NCBI RefSeq assembly: GCF_039654945.1
Contig: NW_027361831.1
Span: 1,364,001-1,428,000, forward strand
From: Dendrobates tinctorius
Taxonomy: Eukaryota
DNA: 64,000 bases
Reading direction: 5' to 3'
The notes under the pieces are model-generated. The model had not been told where the DNA came from. It saw only the letters and a program-made list of their open reading frames with translations, and did no database searches. Positions 36,201-48,700 of this stretch are shown here, piece by piece (the first letter of the stretch is position 1; each line of letters begins with the position of its first letter). The position numbers and the translations under genes were made by a program.

Positions 36201-36762
36201 AATCTGGCCCATTACACTGCGACGACAAGGTAGTGCTCTGACTGAATGTACCAGCAGAATCATATATCAGTGGCTGTGCATTAGTGCACTCCATGTCAGA
36301 TTCATCTTGGCCTGGGTAATTCACCATTTCACTTGATAACCCAGGCATGGTATGTGAAAACAGCTCCATGGAGTAATCAGTTGTATGGCCTGCGTCATCC
36401 TTCAATCTTGGTTGGGGTGAAGGACACAAGGAAAGGTGTGGTTCATGAACATGACCCTCCAATGACGACTCAGTGCTTTTATTTTTTACAACTTCAGAAG
36501 AGGAGGCGATAGAGCTGGAGGCTGAGTCAGCGATGTAAGCCAAAACTTTTTCCTGATGCTCTGGCTTTAAAAGCGGTTTGCCAACTCCTAGAAAACTAAG
36601 CCTTCGAGGCCTTGTGGAGCCAGACGATGATGCGGGCTCAACACCTCCTGCATTCGGTCCTATTTTGCTTTTGCCAGTACCATCAGATCCACCACCAACA
36701 CCATCATTACCAGCTGGCAACCCCCGCCCAATTCCACGACCTCTTCCACCAGCCTTCCTCAT
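33221..36762 (-). pseudogene. hAT transposase (BED zinc finger, DDE, hATC dimerisation domain), ~1180 codons, one frameshift (~35332) and one in-frame TGA (34988-34990)
   Basis: SAVWHFF..CKKC..MLRH (BED); LTTDAW, VSDNG, CLAH, TRWNST, LDPRYK, SVLSERVFS motifs. Confidence 0.93.
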
Positions 36763-36828
36763 TTTTGGTAAAAATGTACACAAAATCCCACAAACTATTA
36801 TGTAATGTAAAACAAGGTACAAGGTGTA

Positions 36829-37592
36829 TATAGGACAGGGGAGATGTAGAATTTCTGAACACACTTGTGGACACTGTTGGATTGTGTGAAGCCCAGTTAA
36901 TATCACACCGCTATGTCACAGGCTCAATGTCGCAGGTGTGAAAAATGTCACTATAGGACAGGGGAGATGTAGAATTTCTGAACACACTTGTGGACACTGT
37001 TGGATTGTGTGAGGCCCAGTTAATATCACACTGCTATGTCACAGGCTCAATGTCGCAGGTGTGAAAAATGTCACTATACGACAGGGGAGATGTAGAATTT
37101 CTGAACACACTTGTGGACACTGTTGTGTGAGGCCCAGTTAATATCACACCGCTATGTCACAGGCTCAATGTCACAGGAGTGAAAAATGTTACTATAGGAC
37201 AGGGGAGATGTAGAATTTCTGAACACACTTGTGGACACTGTTGTGTGAGGCCCAGTTAATATCACACCGCTATGTCACAGGCTCAATGTCGCAGGTGTGA
37301 AAAATGTCACTATACGACAGGGGAGATGTAGAATTTCTGAACACTCTTGTGGACACTGTTGTGTGAAGCCCAGTTAATATCACACCGCTATGTCACAGGC
37401 TCAATGTCGCAGGTGTGAAAAATGTCACTATAGGACAGGGGAGATGTAGAATTTCTGAACACACTTGTGGACACTGTTGGATTGTGTGAGGCCCAGTTAA
37501 TATCACACCGCTATGTCACAGGCTCAATGTCGCAGGTGTGAAAAATGTCACTATAGGACAGGGGAGATGTAGAATTTCTGAACACACTTGTG
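36829..37592. repeat. 118/123-bp tandem array, left part
   Basis: About 6 copies of taggacaggggagatgtagaatttctgaacacacttgtgg...; continues at 41036. Confidence 0.95.
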
Positions 37593-37846
37593 TATTCAAA
37601 ACTAAAGGAACAAAAAAGCGCAATAGGGTCTTATCTGGGTTATTTCTGGAGAAATAGATTAGAATTTACTCACCCTTTTTAGGAGAGATTCAGGCATGCG
37701 GAATCAGTAATCTGCTTGCTGCATGTCCAAAGGTCAGCTCTGTGACCACTTGAAACACCAGATTTCGGAATAAATTCTTGGACTTTAGTGCGCTGCCAGA
37801 TAAAAGTCACTAATCCAGTTTAAGAGAAGGTTTAATCCATTTTATT

Positions 37847-37889
37847 TCCCAACGCGTTTCGAAATGTGTACCATTTCTTCCTCAGGGGA
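37847..37889 (-). ncRNA. Hammerhead ribozyme in the inverted pLTR
   Basis: Reverse complement of 40904-40946. Confidence 0.8.
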
Positions 37890-38823
37890 TGACGTATATG
37901 ATCAAACAGAGCTGTCACAGATTATATACAGCAAGAATTCAAAAAACGGCGCCAAAGGATCACATGTCATCTGGTGCAAATGTCAGGGTTCAAAGTGTCA
38001 CAGATAAGATGATGCATTAGTTGATCTAAATTCATTAAAAACATATTATTTTTATTATCTCATAGATAAAAAAGGAAGAGAAGAAAAGAAAAGAAGGAAG
38101 AAGATAGAAAACGAAAAATGGAATAAATATAAAACAAGGGAAATATAGAAACGAACTCATGACATCTAGGAATAAAAATAGCATACTGGGTGTCTTGGAC
38201 CACTATACCAAACCCAGGTCATACCTGACAAGAAAAAAGAAAGGAAGAAAAGGACTTAAAAATGATTAAAAAAGATGATTAAAAAAATATATATATATAA
38301 AAGAACTACTTAATTAAAATGTATAATTTATATGACAATAAAGGAAACTTTCTTTTTTTATTAAAAAATGTTTGTATGAATCACCATGAATATGGCCAAT
38401 TAAAAAATGTGGCCGAAAAAATCAATCAGTACGATCGATTATAAAGAATTCACACACCATTTTAAAAAAGGGAAGGTATTAATTCCATTCAAAAATCATC
38501 AGAGTGTTTGATGGGAAATACACAGAGACACCGACTACGGAGAGCTCAAACAGCGCCCAAATGAAGAGACCAGGATCGCTTCCACCGACAGAAAGTGAGG
38601 AAATAAAGAAGGAAATAGGGGGAGACCGATCATCTATAATATAATAAAACAAAACTGACATCTTTTTCTTATACCACTATAATATAAAATAAAATTATAT
38701 AAAAGAGATGTGCACATTAAAAAAGTATAAAGAAAAAATAAATAATTCAGCCACATTACAGGGATAAAAAGTCGCATACAGAAAAGGGGTTAAACATACA
38801 GAATACAGCAGAAATCAATAAAA

Positions 38824-39912
38824 ATGACATATGATAGTCACGTTGACAATTTCATCCATGATATTAATAATAATAACTGGGGTCTATCATTCTCCTCAGT
38901 ATATGAACAGAATAGTATCAACTTTTTAGATATAACCGTTTTTATTAAGGACAATACCATTTTAACTAAAACCTTTTTTAAAAATGTTGATATTAATAGT
39001 TATATTCCTTTTAATAGCGGACATTTTGGAAAATGGCTAAGGAATATTCCAGAGAATCAGTTTAGGAGGATCAGAAAAAACTGTTCTAGCATTGAGGATT
39101 TTAAGGACCAAGCTGATATATTAAAAAATAGGTTTGTGGATAAAAAATACCCTAATAATTTAATCAAAAGTGCCTATAATAGGTGTGTCAATATGTCACA
39201 AGACACTCTCATTAATGAACAAAAAATAGCTAAACCTGATAATAAAAAATTTCTGACAAATTTTATTACCCAACATTGTGCTGAACATACAAGAATACGC
39301 AAAATTCTATGTAATAATTGGTATATACTTTTAAGTGATCCTATTCTACAGAAATTTTTACCTAGCAATCCAGGAATAACTTTTAGAAGGGCACCAACTA
39401 TCAAGGGATTGGTTGCCCCGAGTCGACTAAAAACTGAATCGACATCGAATCCAATTCATGCCCCTTTAAGAGGGATTTATAAATGTGGAAAGAGAAATTG
39501 TCTCTGTTGTAATATTATTACACACAGAGAAAAAACTGTAAAATCATCTACCACCAATGAAATCTTTCCTATAAAAAATTATTTGAACTGCACCACGGAA
39601 TTTGTTATATATTTAATCGAATGTAGTTGCAAAAAACAGTATGTTGGAAGAACAACCCAACCCTTACACTCAAGGGTTAATTCACATAGATATAACATTA
39701 AGAAGGGTTTCTTACAACATGGTCTTTCTAGACATTTCGCTATTAAACATAATAAGGATCCGAGTGGTTTAAAAATCAGTCCAATTGAACATATTCCTTT
39801 TGACATTCCCGATAGAATAGGGCAATTAAATATAAAAGAAGTCTTTTGGATTTACAGGTTGAATACACTTAAGCCATATGGATTGAACGAAATTACAGAG
39901 GTTTTTCTTTAA
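38824..39912 (+). CDS. Penelope ORF C-terminus: RT thumb, Cys-rich linker and GIY-YIG endonuclease
   Basis: INFLDITV, CGKRNCLCC, LNCTTEFVIYLIECSCKKQYVGRT, EVFWIYRLNTLKPYGLN. Confidence 0.88.
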   Translation: MTYDSHVDNFIHDINNNNWGLSFSSVYEQNSINFLDITVFIKDNTILTKTFFKNVDINSYIPFNSGHFGKWLRNIPENQFRRIRKNCSSIEDFKDQADILKNRFVDKKYPNNLIKSAYNRCVNMSQDTLINEQKIAKPDNKKFLTNFITQHCAEHTRIRKILCNNWYILLSDPILQKFLPSNPGITFRRAPTIKGLVAPSRLKTESTSNPIHAPLRGIYKCGKRNCLCCNIITHREKTVKSSTTNEIFPIKNYLNCTTEFVIYLIECSCKKQYVGRTTQPLHSRVNSHRYNIKKGFLQHGLSRHFAIKHNKDPSGLKISPIEHIPFDIPDRIGQLNIKEVFWIYRLNTLKPYGLNEITEVFL

Positions 39913-40903
39913 AATTGGATAATTTTAATAATTCTCTTTTTTAATAATTTCCAATTATGTACTCATATGTCATTTTTATTGATTTCTGCTGTATTCTGTA
40001 TGTTTAACCCCTTTTCTGTATGCGACTTTTTATCCCTGTAATGTAGCTGAATTATTTATTTTTTCTTTATACTTTTTTAATGTGCACATCTCTTTTATAG
40101 AATTTTATTTTATATTATAGTGGTATAAGAAAAAGATGTCAGTTTTGTTGTATTATAGATGATCGGTCTCCCCCTATTTCCTCCCTTTGTGTCGGGACAT
40201 CGGTGGAAGCGATCCTGGTCTCTTCATTTGGGCGCTGTTTGAGCTCTCCGTAGTCGGTGTCTCTGTGTATTTCCCATCAAACACTCTGATGAATTTTGAA
40301 TGGAATTAATACCTTCCCTTTTTTAAAATGGTGTGTGAATTCTTTATAATCGATCGTACTGATTGATTTTTTTTGGCCACATTTTTTAATTGGCCATATT
40401 CATGGTGATTCATACAAACATTTTTTAATAAAAAAAGAAAGTTTCCTTTATTGTCATATAAATTATACATTTTAATTAAGTAGTTCTTTTATATATATAT
40501 ATATATTTTTTTAATCATCTTTTTTAATCATTTTTAAGTCCTTTTCTTCCTTTCTTTTTTCTTGTCAGGTATGACCTGGGTTTGGTATAGTGGTCCAAGA
40601 CACCCAGTATGCTATTTTTATTCCTAGATGTCATGAGTTCGTTTCTATATTTCCCTTGTTTTATATTTATTCCATTTTTCGTTTTCTATCTTCTTCCTTC
40701 TTTTCTTTTCTTCTCTTCCTTTTTTATCTATGAGATAATAAAAATAATATGTTTTTAATGAATTTAGATCAACTAATGCATCAGCTTATCTGTGACACTT
40801 TGAACCCTGACATTTGCACCAGATGACATGTGATCCTTTGGCGCCGTTTTTTGAATTCTTGCTGTATATAATCTGTGACAGCTCTGTTTGATCATATATG
40901 TCA

Positions 40904-40946
40904 TCCCCTGAGGAAGAAATGGTACACATTTCGAAACGCGTTGGGA
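40904..40946 (+). ncRNA. Minimal type I hammerhead ribozyme in the 3' pLTR
   Basis: tccc-CTGAGGA-a-gaaatg gtaca catttc-GAAA-cgcgtt-ggga. Confidence 0.82.
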
Positions 40947-41035
40947 AATAAAATGGATTAAACCTTCTCTTAAACTGGATTAGTGACTTTTATCTGGCAG
41001 CGCACTAAAGTCCAAGAATTTATTCCGAAATCTGG

Positions 41036-41703
41036 TGAACACACTTGTGGACACTGTTGTGTGAGGCCCAGTTAATATCACACCGCTATGTCACAGGCTC
41101 AATGTCGCAGGTGTGAAAAATGTCACTATAGGACAGGGGAGATTTAGAATTTCTGAACACACTTGTGGACACTGCTGTGTGAGGCCCAGTTAATATCACA
41201 CCGCTATGTCACAGGCTCAATGTCGTAGGTGTGAAAAATGTCACTATAGGACAGGGGAGATGTAGAATTTCTGAACACACTTGTGGACACTGTTGGATTG
41301 TGTGAGGCCCAGATAATATCACACCGCTATGTCACAGGCTCAATGTCGCAGGTGTGAAAAATGTCACTATACGACAGGGGAGATGTAGAATTTCTGAACA
41401 CACTTGTGGACACTGTTGGATTGTGTGAGGCCCAGTTAATATCACACCGCTATGTCACAGGCTCAATGTCGCAGGTGTGAAAAATGTCACTATAAGACAG
41501 TGGAGATGTAGAATTTCTGAACACACTTGTGGACACTGTTGTGTGAGGCCCAGTTAATATCACACCGCTATGTCACAGGCTCAATGTCGTTGGTGTGAAA
41601 AATGTCACTATAGGACAGGGGAGATGTAGAATTTCTGAACACACTTGTGGACACTGTTTGATTGTGTGAGGCCCAGTTAATATCACACCGCTATGTCACA
41701 GGC
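41036..41703. repeat. 118/123-bp tandem array, right part
   Basis: About 5.5 further copies. Confidence 0.95.
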
Positions 41704-41771
41704 AGAAATTGGCTAGTGTATGACAAACTACAAGGTGTATATAGAATTGGGCAGAATAGGAATCTCCCTAG

Positions 41772-42935
41772 AGTGTAGGTCTGTAAGAACGGAGCATGTC
41801 CTCGACTTATCCTTACAGAGTGACACACAGATAGCTTCACTGTGGCCGTGATAACAACCATTACACGGTACTGAGAGAGGAGCGTGCACGTACACCGCTG
41901 TCTGGTGTCCGTAAAATTGTCAAGCTCCGTGTTTTTTAAGTATACGGACTGACACAGGCTGTCTCTCTATAGTTTTGAATGTGATCAAACAGCAAATATA
42001 CTTAACTGTTTGAAAAGCAGACAAAACTAGAAGGTGTAGGTCTGTAAGAACGGAACATGTCCTCGACTTATTCTTACAGAGTGACACACAGATAGCTTTG
42101 CTGTGGCCGTGATAACAGCCGTTACACAGTACTGAGAGAGGAGCGTGCACGTACACCGCTGTCCGGTGTCCGTAAAATTGTCAAGCTCCGTGTTTTTTAA
42201 GTATACGGACTGACACACGCTGTCTCTCTATAGTTTTGAATGTGATCAAACAGCAAATATACTTAACTGTTTGAAAAGCAGACAAAACTAGAAGGTGTAG
42301 GTCTGTAAGAATGGAACATGTCCTCGACTTATTCTTACAGAGTGACACACAGATAGCTTCGCTGTGGCCGTGATAACAGCCGTTACACGGTACTGAGAGA
42401 GGAGCGTGCACGTACACCGCTGTCCGGTGTCCGTAAAATTGTCAAGCTCCGTGTTTTTTAAGTATACGGACTGACACACGCTGTCTCTCTATAGTTTTGA
42501 ATGTGATCAAACAGCAAATATACTTAACTGTTTGAAAAGCAGACAAAACTAGAAGGTGTAGGTCTGTAAGAACGGAACATGTCCTCGACTTATTCTTACA
42601 GAGTGACACACAGATAGCTTCGCTGTGGCCGTGATAACAGCCGTTACACGGTACTGAGAGAGGAGCGTGCACGTACACCGCTGTCCGGTGTCCGTAAAAT
42701 TGTCAAGCTCCGTGTTTTTTAAGTATACGGACTGACACACGCTGTCTCTCTATAGTTTTGAATGTGATCAAACAGCAAATATACTTAACTGTTTGAAAAG
42801 CAGACAAAACTAGAAGGTGTAGGTCTGTAAGAACGGAACATGTCCTCGACTTATTCTTACAGAGTGACACACAGATAGCTTCACTGTGGCCGTGATAACA
42901 GCCGTTACACGGTACTGTGTGAGGAGCGTACACCG
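41772..42935. repeat. 261-bp tandem repeat x~4.5, each unit made of four stem-loops
   Basis: Period 261 (ORF track repeats at 41920, 42181, 42442, 42703); inverted repeats visible in each unit. Confidence 0.93.
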
Positions 42936-43749
42936 CTGTATGGTGTGGAAAAATGCATGCTCAGTACCTCACCAGGACAAAAAAAAATTTGGATTGCTTT
43001 TAAAAAAGCAGTTTGCAGAGCAGTGGGAAAACAGCAATGCAGCTATCAGGAAGCCTTATAAGGCAGCCTAACAACCAACACAGCTGATCCAGCAAAATAT
43101 AGCCTCCACTTGCACTGCACACACAGTGACTGGTGTGTTGTACAGGCAAAATCGCTAGTAGCAGAAGCAGTTTTTGGTGTCTTCTTCCCTGCCTAACGCT
43201 CTCCCTACAGAATCAGCAGCAGCAGCAGCTCTCCCTATTCTGAGATCAGCATGAGTAACATGGCGGTCGGCGTGCACGCCCTTTTATACCCCCTGTGACG
43301 CCCCCTAAAGCAAGCCAATCACTTGCATGCCCTTCTCAAAGATGGTGGTGACCCTTGTCTATGTCATCACGTTGCCCACAGTGTCCGTGGATCCTGATTG
43401 GCTGAAAAAGGGCGGAAAACAAACTTTTGAAACGCGACTTTGGCGCTAAAGTCGCCGAGCTTGTGGCCGACCTCACCCTAGGGTCGAGTTTCGTTTCATG
43501 AAACCCGACTTTACCAAAAGTCAGCGACTTTTGAAATTTTTCGACCCGTTTCGCTCAACTCTAGTTCCAACTATACTGTTGGTGGAGGAGGGAAAATGTT
43601 TTGGAGATGGTTTTCTGGGATTAGCAGAAGTCTCTAAGCTCCGCTGAAAAGAAATCTGAAGTATATTTCTAGCATTGACGCACAGCAGAAACAAGCTTTA
43701 AAAAAAAACTCCTCTTAGTGAGTTGTGCACTTTTTATTCCAGCGGTCTT

Positions 43750-45765
43750 GTTACTACTCTGTTGCTCCTTCCCTGTCCCCAACACTATGGGCGCTCTAGC
43801 TCGCCTTGTTCCGTGAATTACTTCTGATCATGAAGATGCCGGGGCCACGTACTGTACCTTGCTTTAGCTCCTGAATCCGCCATTAGTCTGTACCCTTCCC
43901 CCACCCAGGGAAGAATGGAGTAGTAATGTACTGTAGTACACCAACCAGACTAACAATGTAATACGAACAGGGGTAACAAAAAAATACTAAACATGCAAAT
44001 ACACTCACACATATAACAGAGGAATGTAGCAGGGAGTGCAGGATGGGGTTAAACCAAAGTAGGAGATGAAGGGAATTATAACACATTCAAAACATAGCAA
44101 CAGTTACCGATAAACCCACCAAACACCTTCTCCTAACCAACAACCTCCAGCCATGCAGTATAAGCTTGCTCTGACAATGAGTGTTGGCAAGGGCCTAGTT
44201 TATATAGGAAAAAAGTGGCAGATTAACTCCTGTATTGCCAAAAGAAATGTACACCATTTAATAAGAAGGCAAAGTGCTTCTATTCAGTTCAGGAGTAGGA
44301 GAAATCAGGCGCTGTGGTCTTCTGGCTTTTCTCTGTTGCGGTAAACCCATGACAGTATCCCCCTTCTACTAAGGACCTCTGGAACCTCAGAACTGGGTTT
44401 ATCATGGTGTTCCAGGTGAAAAGACCATGTCAGCCTGGCCGCATGGAGATCAGGGGCCGGTAGCCACATCCTCTCTTCAGGATGGTATTCCTTACAGTGT
44501 ACCAGATACTGAAGCAACTGATGAACTAAGTGAGAATCAGTGATCTTGGCTATTCCAAATTCCAAATTACCATTCACAATGACTGGAGTTGGCAGTAGCG
44601 GTGATGGTACAGAGGATGCAATGTATTTTTTTGAGTAGAGATCGACGAAACACATTAAGGTTCTTAAAAGGGAGCCACAAATCAAGGCAGAATGCTACAG
44701 GATTGATGACAACCACAATCTCATAAGGGCTAATGAACCTGGGACCCAGTTTCCAAGAGGGAACCTTCAACTTTATGTTCCTTGATGACAACCACACCAA
44801 GTCACCAACACACAGGTCAGGACCACCAAAAGTTTCCGATCAGCCACACTCTTATATTTGAAGCCCATCTTCCTCAAGTTATCAATAATCTCTTGCCACA
44901 TTGACGTATATGATGAAAATTCTACTTCTTCAGGTACTCCAGAAGAATGATTACTCTTAAATGAGCTAAACTGAGGATGAAACCCATAGGCCCCGAAAAA
45001 CAGGGACTTACCAGTAGGCTCATAACGATTATTTACAGCAAATTCTTCTAGAGGCAGGTAGGTAACCCAATCCTCCTGATTCTCAGAAACAAAACACCTA
45101 AGATAAGTCTCAAGATTCTGGATAACCCATTCAGTTTGCCCATTAGACTGCGGTTGAAATGCTGGACAGAATGACAGATGGATCCCCAAACCAGTGCAAA
45201 ATGTCCACCAAAATTTGGAAATAAACTGCACCCCCCCCGGTCAGACACAATATTTATAGGGATTCCATGTAGTTGTACTATTTCACTGATGAAAATTTTC
45301 TCCAAGGACTTGGCATTCGGTAAAGCGGGTAGCGCAATAAAATGGGAGATCTTACTGAATCTATCCACCACCAAAATTACAGTATTACCTGCCTACATGG
45401 GTAGATCACTAATAAAATCGACCAATAAATGAGTCCAAGTCCTACTGGAGATCGCCAATGGTTGGAGAAACCTATACGAATGAGTATGAGAGGTTTTAGA
45501 ATGCGACACTGCAGGTGGTCAAATACTCCCGAGCATCCTGATGTACCCTTGACCACTAAAAATGCTGAGTAAGAAGATCTGTGGTGGCTTTATTACCATG
45601 ATGTACAGCCAATACCGAATCATGATGTTCACTAAGAAGTATCAGACGGAGATTCACAGGAGCAGTTTACCCAATGGACAGACAGCATTGGCGTCCCCTT
45701 GAGCGTCAACAAGATTGGAGCATATAGATGCAATAGCCACCCCTTTTTGTAGTATAGGAACCAGT
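43750..45765 (-). mobile_element. Decayed Ty3/Gypsy chromovirus: integrase and chromodomain remnants, PPT and 3' LTR (LTR edge at 44354)
   Basis: VVDRFSK, IVSDRG, QSNGQTE, KLGPRF, LQYLVHCKEY; minus-strand gaagggggatac|TGTCATG. Confidence 0.85.
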
Positions 45766-45769
45766 TCAC

Positions 45770-48700
45770 AATTATCTCCACCCCCAGGAAAACAACGATA
45801 CTAGGCATCCGCCTCTATCTTTTTGTTTCCCTGAGGTCATATTGTCTGAATAAATTCTGACATGAGTTCCCTGAAGTACAGATCCCGCTGCTCTGTGGGC
45901 TTCCTCTGCGGCTCTTAATTTTCCTAAATTTGAGGACTGGCAGCTCGAAGCCTTTCTGCCAGACACTCTGGAAGACTGCCTTGAGATGTAATCGCTCCCC
46001 AAAGTCTTTTACTGGCATCTGATGTCAATAAAGAGAGAGAGGATGTTGAATCCAAGATATTCCCTTTGCCAGATTTTATTGGTTGAAACACCAGTCGAGA
46101 GATATTTTTATATAGTGAGGGATAGAGATTCTCATGCTGAATAAGTCTGAAGTTTTGTCCCAGCGAGAATGAATTAAATTCTGGCGGACTGACATTGCGA
46201 ATCTTGTGGATATCCTCTTTTGGGTCGTTAGGATACGAATCTTGGATCTTACATGTATCCACTTGGTCATTAGAAGTGAGGATATATGGTCTTGAGAATT
46301 CAGGAGAATCCCCAAAAACACCTTCTTGGTCAAAGGAGTCAGATCCAATTTCTCCTGATGTATGATCCAACCTAAGGATGTTAGAGTGTGGAGAGCTTAC
46401 TGGAGATGGTCTCTGAGACAGGGAACCAAGGGAGCCATGATGAGGAACTCATCCAGGTAAGGGATAATGCAAATATTTTCCTTCCTGATAAACGCTATCG
46501 CCTCTGCCATGATTTTTGTGAAGGTTCGGGGAGCTGAGAAAATCCTGAAGGGAAGGACCCTGAACTGAAAATGGCATACTTCTTGATCTAGGATGACCCC
46601 AAATCTTAGGTATCTCGGATAATCTGGATGAGTGGGCACATGGTAGTATGCATCTCGAAGATCTATAGTAGACATGGGGAAGTGCTTGCCGATTAATGGG
46701 ACTGTAGATTTTACTCAATTTTGATTCTTCTGTATATAATGTGCTGATTCAGTTTTTTGAGTTTTATAATGACTCAGTAGGACTTGTTTGCTTTTTACAC
46801 AAGGAACAATTGGAAATAATGTCCCCTGCCCTGTTTTGTCTCCGGAACAGGTGAGATCACTCCTCCCGTTAGCATAGACTTCTAACTCAAGGATCTTTTG
46901 TAAGTTCAAAGATGAAAAAGATGTTACTTCCAGCCTCTGTGGGACCAAGGAAGAGCACTCGATTTTTATTCCCATTCTGACCGAGACCAGAATTTTTTGA
47001 TCCAATGTTATCTACTGCCACTGGGAGAAGAACCTTAAAATTCTGCCCCCTACCTGTTTTTCATTTCCTCTTCCCCATTTTGGGTAGCTCAAACGTCCTG
47101 TTTTACCTTTCCCTCTGTACTGAGAGTTTTTGCGTCTGTGGAGGATGGAATGGTCTTCTTTAGAAGGTTTTAGTCTCGGAAAGAGATTTCTTTTTATATG
47201 CTTCTTTCTCTAATAGATCGTCCAGAGCTGGACCAAACACATACTCTCCTCTGAAGGGTATAGAGAATAATTTTGACTTGGATAGAATGTCCTCACTAAC
47301 GAAAGAGCTATTCTTGTGATGTTTGAGAGAACCGAAGCCCTTGCTACTCTCCAGAGGACTACCTTATTCTGCAGGGTAAGGTAGTCTTCTTAGCTACCAT
47401 GGCCACATGCATATCCACTTTAGAAATTTCCATCCAGAATTTGGATATGTCCTCATTCAGAGGGAAGTGGAATGTCCAGACTCAAACCCAGCAGCTCTTG
47501 TGCACCAGGCAGCAGCTCTTCCCTCTGAGCTATTAAGCTCAATGGATAGTTCCTTGCTAAATCAGTTACTAGTACCTGTGTTGTTCAGGATTGTCTCCAC
47601 CCCGAGTTCCTGATTGGCTCAACCCTTTGATCTCCTGATTGAACACACTACTTAAACCTGGAACTGCACTTCCTTCTTTGTGAGATTATTGAGCTCTCAG
47701 CCTTTTTAGTCTAGCTTCTTTCCACCTGCTGCTTATCCTCGATGATTGTACTACTGCTACCGTGTACCGACCTCTGGCTATTTCCTATGATCCCTGCTTA
47801 TCCTCCCAACTACACTGCTGCCCTGTGTACCAACCTCTGGTGATTCCCTGACTATGATACCTGCTGGTGCTGCACCTAATGGTTGTAATATCACTAATCC
47901 AACTCTGTTCAGTCCATAACACAGAATTTCAGATCTCCTGGGATGTTCAGTCGGCTTTCTGGGAACTCTCATTCATCCAAAATTAAATTCTGTACATGTG
48001 CTGTTCCATCTAAGGTTATGATTGTATGCTTATATAAATGTGTTATGTTACCTTTCTTTGTATTCAGTTTTGCATTTGCTCTGCTGCCACCTGCTGTCCT
48101 TTTCTGTATAGCAGACGGCAGCTAATTAATTCTAGTACATGCCTCCCACTTCCAGGTCAGTGACTCCTTCTCTTCCTGCCGGTGGCCATTACTAGTTTCT
48201 TTTTCACCTGGGAGAGACACGCTTACCAGGCTGTGGAAGGCATCAGTTTTTTGACCACACACACAATTTGCTAAATTTGCTGAATCATCTTGCTGCATAC
48301 CTGCTGCACACATCTTGCTGTACCACCTGGGTTGTTACACCTGCATTTCTGGAGAAGTACTGCATTACCAATCATACGCTGTATGTCCAGATTTCCAATA
48401 AACAAGTCTGGACTTCACAATATCTGGTGTGTATCATCTCTCCGGACGTATGAACAGCAAAACAGCAACAATGGTCCTGTCTGCTCTGCACTGAGGAAAC
48501 GGAAGGTAGGAATCTCTCCCAGCCCCACTCAACTACACCTCCATTCGCCTCATGTGGGGACAGAACAGTACATTGTCATGGATGGGGAACACCATCTTCC
48601 TTCTTGATCTTTAACTCCCAAACATCTCATCCTGGACTGTACGGGATGTTTTCTCCTCTTCTACTCCCATTGTATTCCTAACAGCAAGTAACAGCTCCTC

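Larger units (their letters stand above)
37593..41035 (+). mobile_element. Penelope-like element (Neptune type), 5'-truncated, with inverted pseudo-LTRs
   Basis: Inverted arms 37756-38834 and 39963-41037; 14-bp TSD TGAACACACTTGTG; GIY-YIG ORF; hammerheads. Confidence 0.92.
27566..43563 (-). mobile_element. Full-length 16-kb hAT transposon with nested insertions
   Basis: TIR TAGAGTTGAGCGA/TCGCTCAACTCTA; perfect 8-bp TSD GTTCCAAC (27558-27565, 43564-43571); subterminal gggtcgagtttcgtttc..gaaacccgac motifs at both ends. Confidence 0.95.

Noticed and set aside
33221-36906. Domesticated ZBED host gene or programmed frameshift/readthrough
   Set aside because: Flanked by TIRs and TSD; the TGA fits CpG decay of CGA and the frameshift fits a small deletion; last BED His is replaced by Arg
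41920-42933. Repeated 63-78 aa ORFs
   Set aside because: By-products of the 261-bp repeat with no recognisable domain
36829-42935. Regular arrays as possible CRISPR-like loci
   Set aside because: Units repeat in full with no unique spacers; eukaryotic context, no cas genes
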